Notes under the pieces: model-generated
The model's input: the letters and a program-made list of their open reading frames with translations, nothing else
Told to the model about the DNA's origin: nothing
Databases searched by the model: none
DNA from: Aliivibrio fischeri ES114
Lineage (GTDB): Bacteria > Pseudomonadota > Gammaproteobacteria > Enterobacterales > Vibrionaceae
Length of the DNA: 32,000 bases
NCBI RefSeq assembly: GCF_000011805.1
Contig: NC_006840.2
Direction: 5' to 3' (one strand)
Position numbers and translations under genes: made by a program
Shown here: one piece after another, positions 15,094-23,467 of the stretch
Layout of the letters: every line of letters begins with the position of its first letter
How positions within the stretch are numbered: position 1 is the stretch's first letter

Positions 15094-16551
15094 TTATTTT
15101 ACGTCAACTGGAGATAGTGAGTCGTTGTCTTGAGTTACTGGTGCTTTTGCAATACCAAAGCCTGTGAAACCATAAATGATGGCGAAAATCACGCCGGTGT
15201 AACATTGAATTGCCCATGGGAGGTAATCAAGCGTTGCTACGCCTAATGTGCTTGCCATGTAAATACCTGCTGCAGTCCACGGAACCAGTGGTTCGATAAT
15301 GGTGCCCGCATCTTCAATAGTTCTTGAAAGGTTTTTAGTGTCCAATCCCATTTTGCGATAAGCATTTTGGAATAATTCACCTGGGATTAATAAGGCAAGT
15401 TTGCCATCAGAGGTTGTGAATACCACGGTAATCGTAGCAATCACAGTTGATAGAATTAACTGACCAGTGCTGTGAATAAGATGTAAGAAGCGGCCTAGAA
15501 CCACATTTAATGCACCTGTTAGACTTAAAATTCCCGCAAAAGCAAAGGCACAAAATACAAGAAGAATGGTGCTCATCATAGAGAACAGGCCACCACGATT
15601 AAGCAGTTTTGCAATATCTGGAACTAAACCATCTGTTGTGTGACCGTTAGTGTTCAACATATCGATATTGAAACCATTAACAAACGCTTGCAGTGCTTGT
15701 TGTAAGCTGAAGCCTTGTAGAAATACACCGATAAGTAGAGCAAGGGCAGAGGCTGCAAGCATCAGAGGAAGTACTGGTTTTTTCGTGAATGCGCCCCATA
15801 AGATCATGATTGGTGGCACAATTAATAGAATGCTGAAGTTATATAAACTGTCCAAGCCAGCAATGATATCAACTACTTTTTGAGGTTCGCTCACATTTGT
15901 AATATCACCGTATTGACCAGCAAAGAAGAAGACAACAGAAGCAATAACAAAGCCTGGTAGCGTGGTATAAAGCATATGTTGGATGTGTTCATATAATGTA
16001 GTGCCAGAAACAATAGGTGCAAAATTTGTTGAATCAGAAAGAGGGGAGATTTTATCACCAAAGTAAGCGCCAGAAACCACCGCGCCAGCAGCTGCCGCCA
16101 AGGATACGTCAAGACCTGCTGCTACACCCATTAACGCAACACCTACTGTTCCTGCAGATCCCCATGATGTACCAGTACACACAGAAACCACACTGGTAAC
16201 AAAGAAAGCAGCGATTAAAATATATTGAGGGCTAATAACTTTTAATCCCCAATAAACCATGTAGGGGATAGTGCCACTGATCATCCAACTTGCGATTAGG
16301 CCGCCAACCGACACTAAAATTAAGATAACTGGCATTGCTTTCGCCAGTTTCTCAACAATGGCGTTCATTATCTCATCCCAGTTGTATCCCATTTTATATG
16401 CAATAAAACCAGTGAAGGTTGCTGAAGTAAGTAGTAGTGCTTCAATTTGTAGACCAAATAGGCCATATCCAATTGCCAGTAGACCAAACATTACAGCAAT
16501 AGGAGCTATTGCTAATGCAAAGGATGGAAGAGGCTTTGATGAATGTGTCAT
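15094..16551 (-). CDS. NhaC-family transporter (Na+/H+ antiporter fold; the family also contains amino-acid and organic-acid carriers)
   Basis: 485 aa, 11 or more TM segments. It carries GTSWGSAGTVGVALMG and GAYFGDKISPLSDSTN motifs characteristic of NhaC. It ends 9 nt before the lyase start, which suggests an operon. Confidence 0.85.
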   Translation of the reverse strand: MTHSSKPLPSFALAIAPIAVMFGLLAIGYGLFGLQIEALLLTSATFTGFIAYKMGYNWDEIMNAIVEKLAKAMPVILILVSVGGLIASWMISGTIPYMVYWGLKVISPQYILIAAFFVTSVVSVCTGTSWGSAGTVGVALMGVAAGLDVSLAAAAGAVVSGAYFGDKISPLSDSTNFAPIVSGTTLYEHIQHMLYTTLPGFVIASVVFFFAGQYGDITNVSEPQKVVDIIAGLDSLYNFSILLIVPPIMILWGAFTKKPVLPLMLAASALALLIGVFLQGFSLQQALQAFVNGFNIDMLNTNGHTTDGLVPDIAKLLNRGGLFSMMSTILLVFCAFAFAGILSLTGALNVVLGRFLHLIHSTGQLILSTVIATITVVFTTSDGKLALLIPGELFQNAYRKMGLDTKNLSRTIEDAGTIIEPLVPWTAAGIYMASTLGVATLDYLPWAIQCYTGVIFAIIYGFTGFGIAKAPVTQDNDSLSPVDVK

Positions 16552-16559
16552 TTTGTATT

Positions 16560-16598
16560 CCTCATAAAAAGTTGTAGGGTTGTTTTGTTTTTATGAGG
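16560..16598 (-). promoter_or_regulatory. 5'-UTR hairpin whose 3' arm contains the NhaC-gene Shine-Dalgarno
   Basis: The minus strand reads cctcataaaaa-(17 nt)-tttttatgagg-aatacaaa-ATG. It has perfect 11-bp arms (16588-16598 and 16560-16570), and GAGG lies 8 nt from the start codon. Confidence 0.4.
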
Positions 16599-16647
16599 TC
16601 ATAATAAGAGTTCTATTAATTAGAATATGAGAGACAGGTAACGCACT

Positions 16648-16665
16648 CATGTAAGCGCTTACATG
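16648..16665. promoter_or_regulatory. LacI/GalR-type operator (perfect 18-bp palindrome)
   Basis: catgtaagc|gcttacatg. The core TGTAAGCGCTTACA fits the LacI-family consensus TGTAA-CG-TTACA. It sits in the 136-bp gap between the LacI-family gene and the NhaC/C-S lyase genes. Confidence 0.6.
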
Positions 16666-16687
16666 AAGTTCTTACCTAAGATGCTCA

Positions 16688-17710
16688 TCACACTTTTAGG
16701 GCTTGTTTATTTGAAAAAGGTATAACAGTTTGTCGCTCGACCAAGCTGGCATTAAAGCGATGATTAGATGGTGGAACATAACCGGTGTTTTTTATTTTTA
16801 ATGCTAAATCAGCAGCATAGCTCGACATTTCATCAATAGGATTGTGCATTGTGGTTAAGCGTGGGTAGAGATATCGAGCCAATAAAACATCGTCAAACCC
16901 AATAATAGAAATATCGTCTGGAACACGAATATTATTTTCATGCAGGCTTGCCATTAAACCTGCGGCCATTACATCGTTAAAGGTAACCACAGCAGTGACT
17001 TCTGGGCATTGAAACAATAATTGTTCACCGGCAAGTTCTCCGCCTTGTTCGCTAAAGTTCTGATTTATTATCCAGTTAGGTTCAATGGTAATGTTGGCTT
17101 CTGCCATAGCATCGCGGTAACCGTTAAGTCGCTCTGTTCTGTCTTCAATAGGAAGATCACTGGTGACACAGGCGATTTTGCGGTGACCTTGCTTAATTAA
17201 GTAAACAACAGATTCTTTGGCACCAGCTCTATTATCAATATAGACAGAACGATTTGAGATTTGTGGAATGGTACGGTTGAGCAATACCATCGAAGGGAGT
17301 TGAGCGCTGTATCGTAATAGGGTGGCATCATCTAGCATTTTGGCGTGAACCACCATGGCTTCACATCCTTGACTGATTAAAAAATCCAACCCTTCTTTTT
17401 CTCGCTGTGCATCATGACCTCCGCTTACTACTACTAATTGGCATTTATGTTTACGTGCGACTTCTTCTACGTGTTTGGCTATTAGGGCAAAGAAAGGATC
17501 AGCTAGGTTGCCGGTTAGTAGGCCAAGGGTATTATTTGTTTTTTTTGCTAAGGCACTGGCTCTTGCATCGCGCTGATAATTGAGTTCACGAATGGCACTT
17601 TGTACTCGTTCAAGAGTTACCGGCTCAACATAAGCGGAGTTATTGATTACGCGGGAAACGGTAGCGGTAGAAACTCTTGCTAACTTTGCAACGTCACTGA
17701 TTGTCGCCAT
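16688..17710 (-). CDS. LacI-family transcriptional regulator
   Basis: N-terminal HTH MATISDVAKLARVSTATVSRVINN followed by a periplasmic-binding-protein-like sugar-binding core. Confidence 0.9.
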   Translation of the reverse strand: MATISDVAKLARVSTATVSRVINNSAYVEPVTLERVQSAIRELNYQRDARASALAKKTNNTLGLLTGNLADPFFALIAKHVEEVARKHKCQLVVVSGGHDAQREKEGLDFLISQGCEAMVVHAKMLDDATLLRYSAQLPSMVLLNRTIPQISNRSVYIDNRAGAKESVVYLIKQGHRKIACVTSDLPIEDRTERLNGYRDAMAEANITIEPNWIINQNFSEQGGELAGEQLLFQCPEVTAVVTFNDVMAAGLMASLHENNIRVPDDISIIGFDDVLLARYLYPRLTTMHNPIDEMSSYAADLALKIKNTGYVPPSNHRFNASLVERQTVIPFSNKQALKV

Positions 17711-17913
17711 GATGACTACTTATGGTGATTAACATTGAGTCAGAGTGTAGCGCGGATTTTTCGATAAAGATGTTAGAACTATCAAATTCTGTGGAGCATG
17801 CCGTTTATAATTACCTTCTTATTAATAGTCTTAAATATTTAATACATCATTCATTTATCTCATTGTATTATCTGATTGAGCACAAGGGTGTGCAGTATTA
17901 TTTAAGGTTGGAT

Positions 17914-18906
17914 ATGTTTAAAAATAAATTAGCAGTGTTATTTACGTGTTTGTCTGTTTTTTCTTTTTCGGCTCAATCTGGGAGTTTTGATACCGTTACG
18001 TTAGGGAGTAAAGGTGGGATCCAAGATGGTAATTTAACGGCTTTTTTAATTAAAAGTGAGGCGGATTCTAATTTTGTTATGCTTGATGCAGGCTCTGTTG
18101 TTAATGGATTAATTGTTTCAGAGCAGAAAGGAGCGTTTAAAGATATTACCGTGCCAGACAGTTCTCCTTACACCAAAGTAGGTTACCTATTAAAGGATAA
18201 GATTAAGGGTTACTTTATCAGCCATGCTCATTTAGATCATGTTGCCGGTTTAATTATCTCTTCTCCTGATGACAGTAAAAAACCGATATATGGATTAGCA
18301 GCGACAAATAAAGATCTCATGAAGAATTACTTTAATTGGTCAGCATGGCCTAATTTTGGTAACAAAGGTGAAGGCTTTAAACTGAACAAATACAATTATG
18401 TGGATCTTCAACCGGGCGTTTGGAGTCCGATAGCTGAAACAACAATGAGTGTGATGTCATTGCCTTTGTCTCATTCTGGTGGGCAATCTACGGTATTTAT
18501 TCTAAAAGACAGTGAAGGGGATGTATTTGCTTATTTTGGTGATACAGGGCCAGATGAAGTAGAGAAAAGTTCGGCAATGAAAACGGCGTGGTCTGCTTTA
18601 GCTCCTTTTGTAAAACAAGGGAAGTTAAAGGGGATTATTATTGAAGTTTCTTTTACCAACGAAACCCCAGATAAATCTTTATTTGGACATTTAACGCCAA
18701 ACTGGTTAGTTAAAGAATTAAGTGTGCTTGAAGACATGAATGGCAAGGGTTCTTTAAATGATCTAAATGTAGCCATCAGTCACATCAAATACAGCTTAAA
18801 GAACAGTGAAGATCCTAAAGTAATTATTAAAAAGCAGTTAGCAGAAGCAAATGACTTAGGTGTAAATTTCATTTTTCCTGAGCAAGGTGATTCACTGCAG
18901 TTTTAA
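17914..18906 (+). CDS. cpdP: Periplasmic 3',5'-cyclic-nucleotide phosphodiesterase, class II (CpdP)
   Basis: Signal peptide MFKNKLAVLFTCLSVFSFSAQS. The class II PDE signature H-x-H-L-D-H-[LIVM]-x-G-L-I-I-S-S-P is present as HAHLDHVAGLIISSP. The protein matches my recollection of V. fischeri CpdP. ATG 17914 is preferred over the track start at 17722. Confidence 0.85.
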   Translation: MFKNKLAVLFTCLSVFSFSAQSGSFDTVTLGSKGGIQDGNLTAFLIKSEADSNFVMLDAGSVVNGLIVSEQKGAFKDITVPDSSPYTKVGYLLKDKIKGYFISHAHLDHVAGLIISSPDDSKKPIYGLAATNKDLMKNYFNWSAWPNFGNKGEGFKLNKYNYVDLQPGVWSPIAETTMSVMSLPLSHSGGQSTVFILKDSEGDVFAYFGDTGPDEVEKSSAMKTAWSALAPFVKQGKLKGIIIEVSFTNETPDKSLFGHLTPNWLVKELSVLEDMNGKGSLNDLNVAISHIKYSLKNSEDPKVIIKKQLAEANDLGVNFIFPEQGDSLQF

Positions 18907-18923
18907 AAAAGTTATTGTAAAAA

Positions 18924-18953
18924 TGGATATGGTCAATACAAAGACCATATCCA
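18924..18953. terminator. Hairpin between convergent cpdP and the lipoprotein gene
   Basis: tggatatggtc / gaccatatcca 11-bp stem. A T-run follows it when read on the minus strand (tttttac). Confidence 0.5.
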
Positions 18954-18977
18954 CTCCACGCATTTGTTTTTTATCTC

Positions 18978-20900
18978 TTAAATCGTCGTCTCTATTTTTT
19001 TAAGTACGGCGATCTCATTGGGTACATCAATGTTATAAATATGTCCTTGGTCAGTATAAATAGTAAAGCCCGTTTTATGTGAGAATACTTTATCGACTTT
19101 TCCAGGTAATTTTATATTTGTTAAACTAGCACCAAGCTCTTTAAATCCCCACGAGTTAAGGATGAAGTGGGGAGAGGGTTCTCGCTTTGCTTCTTCTGTT
19201 AATAAATAAGCGCCTTCATTTGATGTGAAAGAGGTAACACTATCTGGAGATGCTTTGATAAATGCATCAGAGAACCCTACATGACTCGGTCTATTTTGGT
19301 CATAATAATAATATTTAATATATTCACCAAATTGTATCTCGGCTGCAATATCCCATATTCCTTGCCATGAAGTAATATCACCATCTTGTCGTATGGTTGA
19401 ATACCCGCTTGTGTTTGTTTTTATATCTACGATATTGGTTAATTCATTTGCATGGTTAACTTTATCTGAGTAAATATTACCTCCACTGAAGATAGTTCCC
19501 CATGTAATAACATCACCATCAAGAGTTAAGGCCGCAAAAGAACCAGACGCACCAACGATTTTTTTAACATTGGTCAGTTCAGTATCTAATTTATGCTCAG
19601 AGTGTTTTTTTTCTGGTGAATAATACGCAGGAATAGACACTTGCTCATAGCCTCGGCCACATATCGGATCATAAGCTGGTTCATAGTCAGGATCATATAT
19701 ATCGCTTGAGTCATAGTCTGGTTCATCATTTTTTACAGGTACGCATTTCTTACTGGCTTTAAAGTAAGTTTGCTCAAAACTATAATAATCATAGATGAAT
19801 TCACCACCTTGGGTTCTGCTTCCCCAAGCACCAACGGTTCCATCTAGTCTAAGAAAAGCAAAAGCACTATCATTTGCAATAATATTCTCTACATTTTGGC
19901 TAACTAATTCGCCTTGTGCTTTTGCTAGTTTTCCCCATCGATATAGATTGCCTTGATCGGTTAAAAGCGCGTAGTTACCTTTATAATCGTATTTTAGCTC
20001 TACAAGGTTCTTTATATCGCCTTGTATATCACTGCATGATATTTTTCCGCTATCTTCAATTAAGCAAGCTTTGTCTTCTTCAGTTTGAATAATAGTACTG
20101 CTTTCACTCGTTAACATATCAATACCATTATCGATAGTTAACTTTTTAGTTGTGCCTTTAGTACTACCAATAATATAAACATTGCCTGTATTGGTTAATA
20201 TTGAAAAATAGTTATTTGCAGAAGTGACTTTTTTAACTCCTTCAGCGTTGATTGCATCAATTAAATCAACATTATCTTTTATTTTTGGCCCCCAAAGGTA
20301 GAAGTTGCCATTATTTTTTATACCAGAGAAGGCATTAGCATGTGCATAGATGGCGATAAACTGATGATTATCTATTGATGGGATTTTTTCAAAGCGTCTT
20401 TCTGCTTGATATGCATATTCTCCATCAAGAATATGATTCCACTCTATAACTTGACCGGTATTAAGCAGAGTCACTTTACTATAACTATTTTCTACTTGTT
20501 GAATAGGAAATGCCTTAGTAAATGTTTTAATGAATGGCTCGGTTACTTGTTCTTTATAATTAAGTTGAGCAGATACAATAATAGGCGAAAGGTGTTCATT
20601 TTCTTTCAACTGATATTCACAATCATTTGAAACAGTAATGTTATCTATCATCCAATTGCAAGATATGGTTTCTGAACCATCAGTAATATTATCTGTGGAA
20701 AAGACGACTTTTAAATGATCTCGGTTAGAGTAATCATTTATTTTATCTGGATAAATAGTTGACTTTAAACTGATGCCATCAAGGTTTACGGTTTTTTCTG
20801 GCGTTGTTACATGATTAACTACGGCTTTATTGTCGGAGGAGCTGTCACCACCACACCCAAATAAAGATAAAGCAAGCAAAGCAGTTAAGATATGTTTCAT
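18978..20900 (-). CDS. Large lipoprotein with RCC1/BLIP-II-like beta-propeller repeats
   Basis: The lipobox LSLFGC follows Met-25 of the track ORF (start 20900). There are 7-9 repeats of the form x-aromatic-x-x-L-x-x-D/N-G-x-V/I-x-x-W-G: NAFSGIKNNGNFYLWGP, NYFSILTNTGNVYIIGS, GNYALLTDQGNLYRWGK, SAFAFLRLDGTVGAWGS, GSFAALTLDGDVITWGT, SGYSTIRQDGDITSWQG, TGFTIYTDQGHIYNI. Confidence 0.6.
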   Translation of the reverse strand: MKHILTALLALSLFGCGGDSSSDNKAVVNHVTTPEKTVNLDGISLKSTIYPDKINDYSNRDHLKVVFSTDNITDGSETISCNWMIDNITVSNDCEYQLKENEHLSPIIVSAQLNYKEQVTEPFIKTFTKAFPIQQVENSYSKVTLLNTGQVIEWNHILDGEYAYQAERRFEKIPSIDNHQFIAIYAHANAFSGIKNNGNFYLWGPKIKDNVDLIDAINAEGVKKVTSANNYFSILTNTGNVYIIGSTKGTTKKLTIDNGIDMLTSESSTIIQTEEDKACLIEDSGKISCSDIQGDIKNLVELKYDYKGNYALLTDQGNLYRWGKLAKAQGELVSQNVENIIANDSAFAFLRLDGTVGAWGSRTQGGEFIYDYYSFEQTYFKASKKCVPVKNDEPDYDSSDIYDPDYEPAYDPICGRGYEQVSIPAYYSPEKKHSEHKLDTELTNVKKIVGASGSFAALTLDGDVITWGTIFSGGNIYSDKVNHANELTNIVDIKTNTSGYSTIRQDGDITSWQGIWDIAAEIQFGEYIKYYYYDQNRPSHVGFSDAFIKASPDSVTSFTSNEGAYLLTEEAKREPSPHFILNSWGFKELGASLTNIKLPGKVDKVFSHKTGFTIYTDQGHIYNIDVPNEIAVLKKIETTI

Positions 20901-21209
20901 AATATATAATTCTATTTTAATTAATATAAATATATGTGCTGTTTTGTAATCAAACAGCGTTATTATCGACATGCTACATTAAGGCTATTATTTATAAGTG
21001 CCTTTTAGTGAATAGTATTTCATAAGTGAAATGAATGCTAGATATAAATCACTTAACTTAATGAATGTAAAAGTAATTAAAAAATGATAATACAAAACAT
21101 TTTTGTATATTTAATTATTAAGAGGTTTAAGGGTAAGGTAGTTACCATTGAATTCATCATGAGGATAAATTCTTTATTAGAGCGAATACCTCTGACGATA
21201 GTTTAAAAA

Positions 21210-21225
21210 TGTGATATCTTTCACA
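21210..21225. promoter_or_regulatory. Consensus CRP (cAMP receptor protein) binding site
   Basis: aaaa-TGTGA-tatctt-TCACA-aaat: both pentamers are perfect with a 6-nt spacer. It sits 26-41 nt upstream of the yciA start. Confidence 0.55.
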
Positions 21226-21250
21226 AAATTATTTTGTATGGAGAATCGTT

Positions 21251-21661
21251 TTGAGAACTGAATTAAACACTAACCAAACACCAAAAGGGCAGCTACTTCT
21301 TCGAACTCTTTCTATGCCAGCAGATACTAATGCTAATGGTGATATTTTTGGTGGTTGGATTATGTCTCAGCTTGATTTAGCTGGTGCAATTTTAGCTCAA
21401 GAAATCTCTGGTGGACGTATTGTAACGGTTTCAGTATCTAGCATTACGTTTAAAAAACCAGTGAAAGTGGGTGATGTGGTTTGTTGCTATGGTGAATGTA
21501 CAAAAGTAGGGCGAACTTCAATGTCGATAGATTTGGAAGTGTGGGTTAAACCAATTAAAGAGGACGAAGTAAGTCACCGTTTCCAAGTGTGTGAAGCAAC
21601 TTTTAATTACGTAGCAATTGACTCAAACGGAAAACCGCGCGCAATTCCAAAGCACTCTTAA
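21251..21661 (+). CDS. yciA: Acyl-CoA thioesterase, YciA type (hotdog fold)
   Basis: LLLRTLSMPADTNANGDIFGGWIMSQLDLAGAILAQEI..GR.VTV....ITF.KPV.VGDVVCCY is nearly identical in pattern to E. coli YciA. TTG start with GGAGA upstream. Confidence 0.85.
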   Translation: MRTELNTNQTPKGQLLLRTLSMPADTNANGDIFGGWIMSQLDLAGAILAQEISGGRIVTVSVSSITFKKPVKVGDVVCCYGECTKVGRTSMSIDLEVWVKPIKEDEVSHRFQVCEATFNYVAIDSNGKPRAIPKHS

Positions 21662-21727
21662 TGGGAATTGGTCTTAAGTAGAGCTTACACATGCAAGGGT
21701 GATCTCTGTTTAACATCAAAAAAGAAC

Positions 21728-21762
21728 AGCCTGCTCAATGAAAATTGAGTAGGCTATTTTTT
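21728..21762 (+). terminator. Rho-independent terminator of yciA
   Basis: agcctgctcaat / attgagtaggct 12-bp stem (one G-U pair), gaaa loop, T6 run. Confidence 0.75.
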
Positions 21763-21802
21763 ATCTATAATAGGTTATCTATAATCGGTTATCTATCATA
21801 GG
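21761..21802. repeat. Three tandem 14-bp direct repeats
   Basis: ttatctataatagg / ttatctataatcgg / ttatctatcatagg. The last unit overlaps the stop codon of the minus-strand DUF417 gene. Confidence 0.9.
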
Positions 21803-22248
21803 TGTGGTTTATTATGCTCAATCACAAGTAGTGATACAGAGATAAACACAATGTCTTTAAGTAAAAAGAAGTTGGTTGTTAATACGCCATCAACGACTTT
21901 CCATGTATTCGGTGTGGTTGCTAAGAAGCTAAGTGTCGCAATAAATGTAAGTAAGGCAAGGATCCCTGAATAGTAACCAATTTTAGGGTTAAAGAAGCCT
22001 GCGATAAGTCCTATTGCAATCACAATTTCAGTCAAGCCAATGATATTAGATACCATTTGTACTGACATAAATCCGTATATCCAGCCCATTAAAGGGTGGT
22101 TTGCAACTAACGGTTCGATAGCTGCCGCTTCTGTTGGGGTAAATTTAAAAATACCTATCCAAAGTAGGGTAAGTACGACACCAAAGACACCAATTTTATA
22201 ACCTAATGACGTTTCTGCTGAGATGGCTTTACAAGTTTGAGTATTCAT
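21796..22248 (-). CDS. DUF417 (YkgB/RclC-like) inner-membrane protein
   Basis: LWIGIFKFTPTEAAAIEPLVANHPLMGWIY and IATLSFLATTPNTW..LLKD resemble E. coli RclC/YkgB as I recall it (WIGLLKFVPYEADSITPFVANSPLMSFFY; LVTLSFLITTPEAW). Four predicted TM helices. Confidence 0.65.
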   Translation of the reverse strand: MNTQTCKAISAETSLGYKIGVFGVVLTLLWIGIFKFTPTEAAAIEPLVANHPLMGWIYGFMSVQMVSNIIGLTEIVIAIGLIAGFFNPKIGYYSGILALLTFIATLSFLATTPNTWKVVDGVLTTNFFLLKDIVFISVSLLVIEHNKPHL

Positions 22249-22266
22249 TCTTATCTCCTGATTAAT

Positions 22267-22295
22267 AAATTAAACTAAACTGTTTAGTCTAATTT
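22267..22295. promoter_or_regulatory. 29-bp palindromic operator (site 1), probable TetR-family binding site
   Basis: aaattaaactaaac-t-gtttagtctaattt, with one mismatch between the arms. It lies 19-47 nt upstream of the DUF417 start, in the divergent DUF417/tetR intergenic region. Confidence 0.6.
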
Positions 22296-22328
22296 ATCGT
22301 TTATTTTGATACTGTCAATCAGTTTTTG

Positions 22329-22345
22329 AACTAAACAGTTTATTT
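22329..22345. promoter_or_regulatory. Weaker copy of the same operator core (site 2)
   Basis: aactaaac-a-gtttattt, 34-50 nt upstream of the TetR-gene ATG. Confidence 0.35.
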
Positions 22346-22378
22346 TGCTAAAATCACAGCATTAATGGAGAGTGTTAT

Positions 22379-22939
22379 ATGAAAGAAGAAAAAAGAGTAA
22401 ACGCACTTAAAAAGACAATAGAGCTGTGCGCATTACATGGTTTTCACGGTACGAGCATGGATAAAATTACTGCGGCGACGGGGTTATCTAAAGCGACCAT
22501 TTATAAATATTTTCAATCTAAAGAGAACTTAATTGCTAATGCATTAGAGCTGTTTAGCCAACAATCTCTTTCTCATGTTCAAGCTTTGTTTGAAAATACA
22601 GAACTGACATTAGAAGAAAAAATTGCGCTTCGTTTTGAAGGCCTTGCTGGGTGTATTGATATTGAATCATTTAATGGCTGTTATTTTCAATTGGCGTACA
22701 GTGAATACAGCAGTGAAGATCAAGGTATTACTGAGGTAAGTGCGCAATACAAACAGCGCACACAAGAGCTATTAATCGAGTTATTTAAAAGACACGATAT
22801 TAAAGATGCAGAGTTAAAGGCTAAAAAAGCAGGACTAGTTTATAACGGGCTATTGGCATCGTTACAGTTAACAAAAGATGCAGAGCTGATTGAACTCGCT
22901 CACCAAATGTTTTTAGGGATCATCTTTAAATCTGAATAA
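22379..22939 (+). CDS. TetR/AcrR-family transcriptional regulator
   Basis: The N-terminal HTH GFHGTSMDKITAATGLSKATIYKYFQSKENLI is typical of TetR_N. Confidence 0.85.
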   Translation: MKEEKRVNALKKTIELCALHGFHGTSMDKITAATGLSKATIYKYFQSKENLIANALELFSQQSLSHVQALFENTELTLEEKIALRFEGLAGCIDIESFNGCYFQLAYSEYSSEDQGITEVSAQYKQRTQELLIELFKRHDIKDAELKAKKAGLVYNGLLASLQLTKDAELIELAHQMFLGIIFKSE

Positions 22940-22972
22940 TGTTTTACGTTTTAATTTCATAGGGAATGAATC

Positions 22973-23353
22973 ATGAAAGTTGCACGTTTAGATCATCTTG
23001 TTTTAACGGTTAACAGCATTGAAGTGACGAGTCAATTTTATTCAAACGTGCTCGGAATGGATATCGTTACCTTTGGTGAGGGCAGGGTCGCCCTTACTTT
23101 TGGTGAGCAAAAGATAAACCTTCATCAATTGGGAAATGAGTTTGAACCTAAAGCGGCACAGGTTAAAAGCGGCAGTGCGGATCTGTGTTTTATTACTCAT
23201 ATGCCTATTCATGAAGTTCAAAGCCATATTGAATCACAAGGCGTGACTATCATTGATGGTCCAATTCAACGAACAGGTGCGATGGGCAAGATTATCTCAG
23301 TCTATTTACGAGATCCCGACGGTAATTTAATTGAACTCTCTAACTATTTATAA
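22973..23353 (+). CDS. VOC-family (glyoxalase/bleomycin-resistance/dioxygenase fold) protein
   Basis: LDHLVLTVNSIEVTSQFYSNVLGM ... YLRDPDGNLIEL is the classic VOC beta-alpha-beta-beta-beta signature. Confidence 0.8.
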   Translation: MKVARLDHLVLTVNSIEVTSQFYSNVLGMDIVTFGEGRVALTFGEQKINLHQLGNEFEPKAAQVKSGSADLCFITHMPIHEVQSHIESQGVTIIDGPIQRTGAMGKIISVYLRDPDGNLIELSNYL

Positions 23354-23467
23354 CACCTAATTAAGTAAGACATATTACTTACATCTCAAAACCATTTTCT
23401 TAGCATATACTTATATCGTGTAGCGATAAGATCAATCATAAAGGTTGACTTAAATTGAAATTCAACT

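Noticed and set aside
17722-17913. 64-codon N-terminal extension of the cpdP ORF
   Set aside because: The extension is AT-rich with no signal peptide. The internal Met at 17914 gives a canonical signal peptide and the known CpdP N-terminus.
20901-20972. 24-codon N-terminal extension of the beta-propeller lipoprotein ORF. Similar extensions occur at 1548-1619, 3960-4031, 11815-11826 and 23511-23531.
   Set aside because: The downstream ATG codons have better Shine-Dalgarno spacing, or they start at the signal peptide or homologous N-terminus. The extensions use TTG or AT-rich leader sequence.
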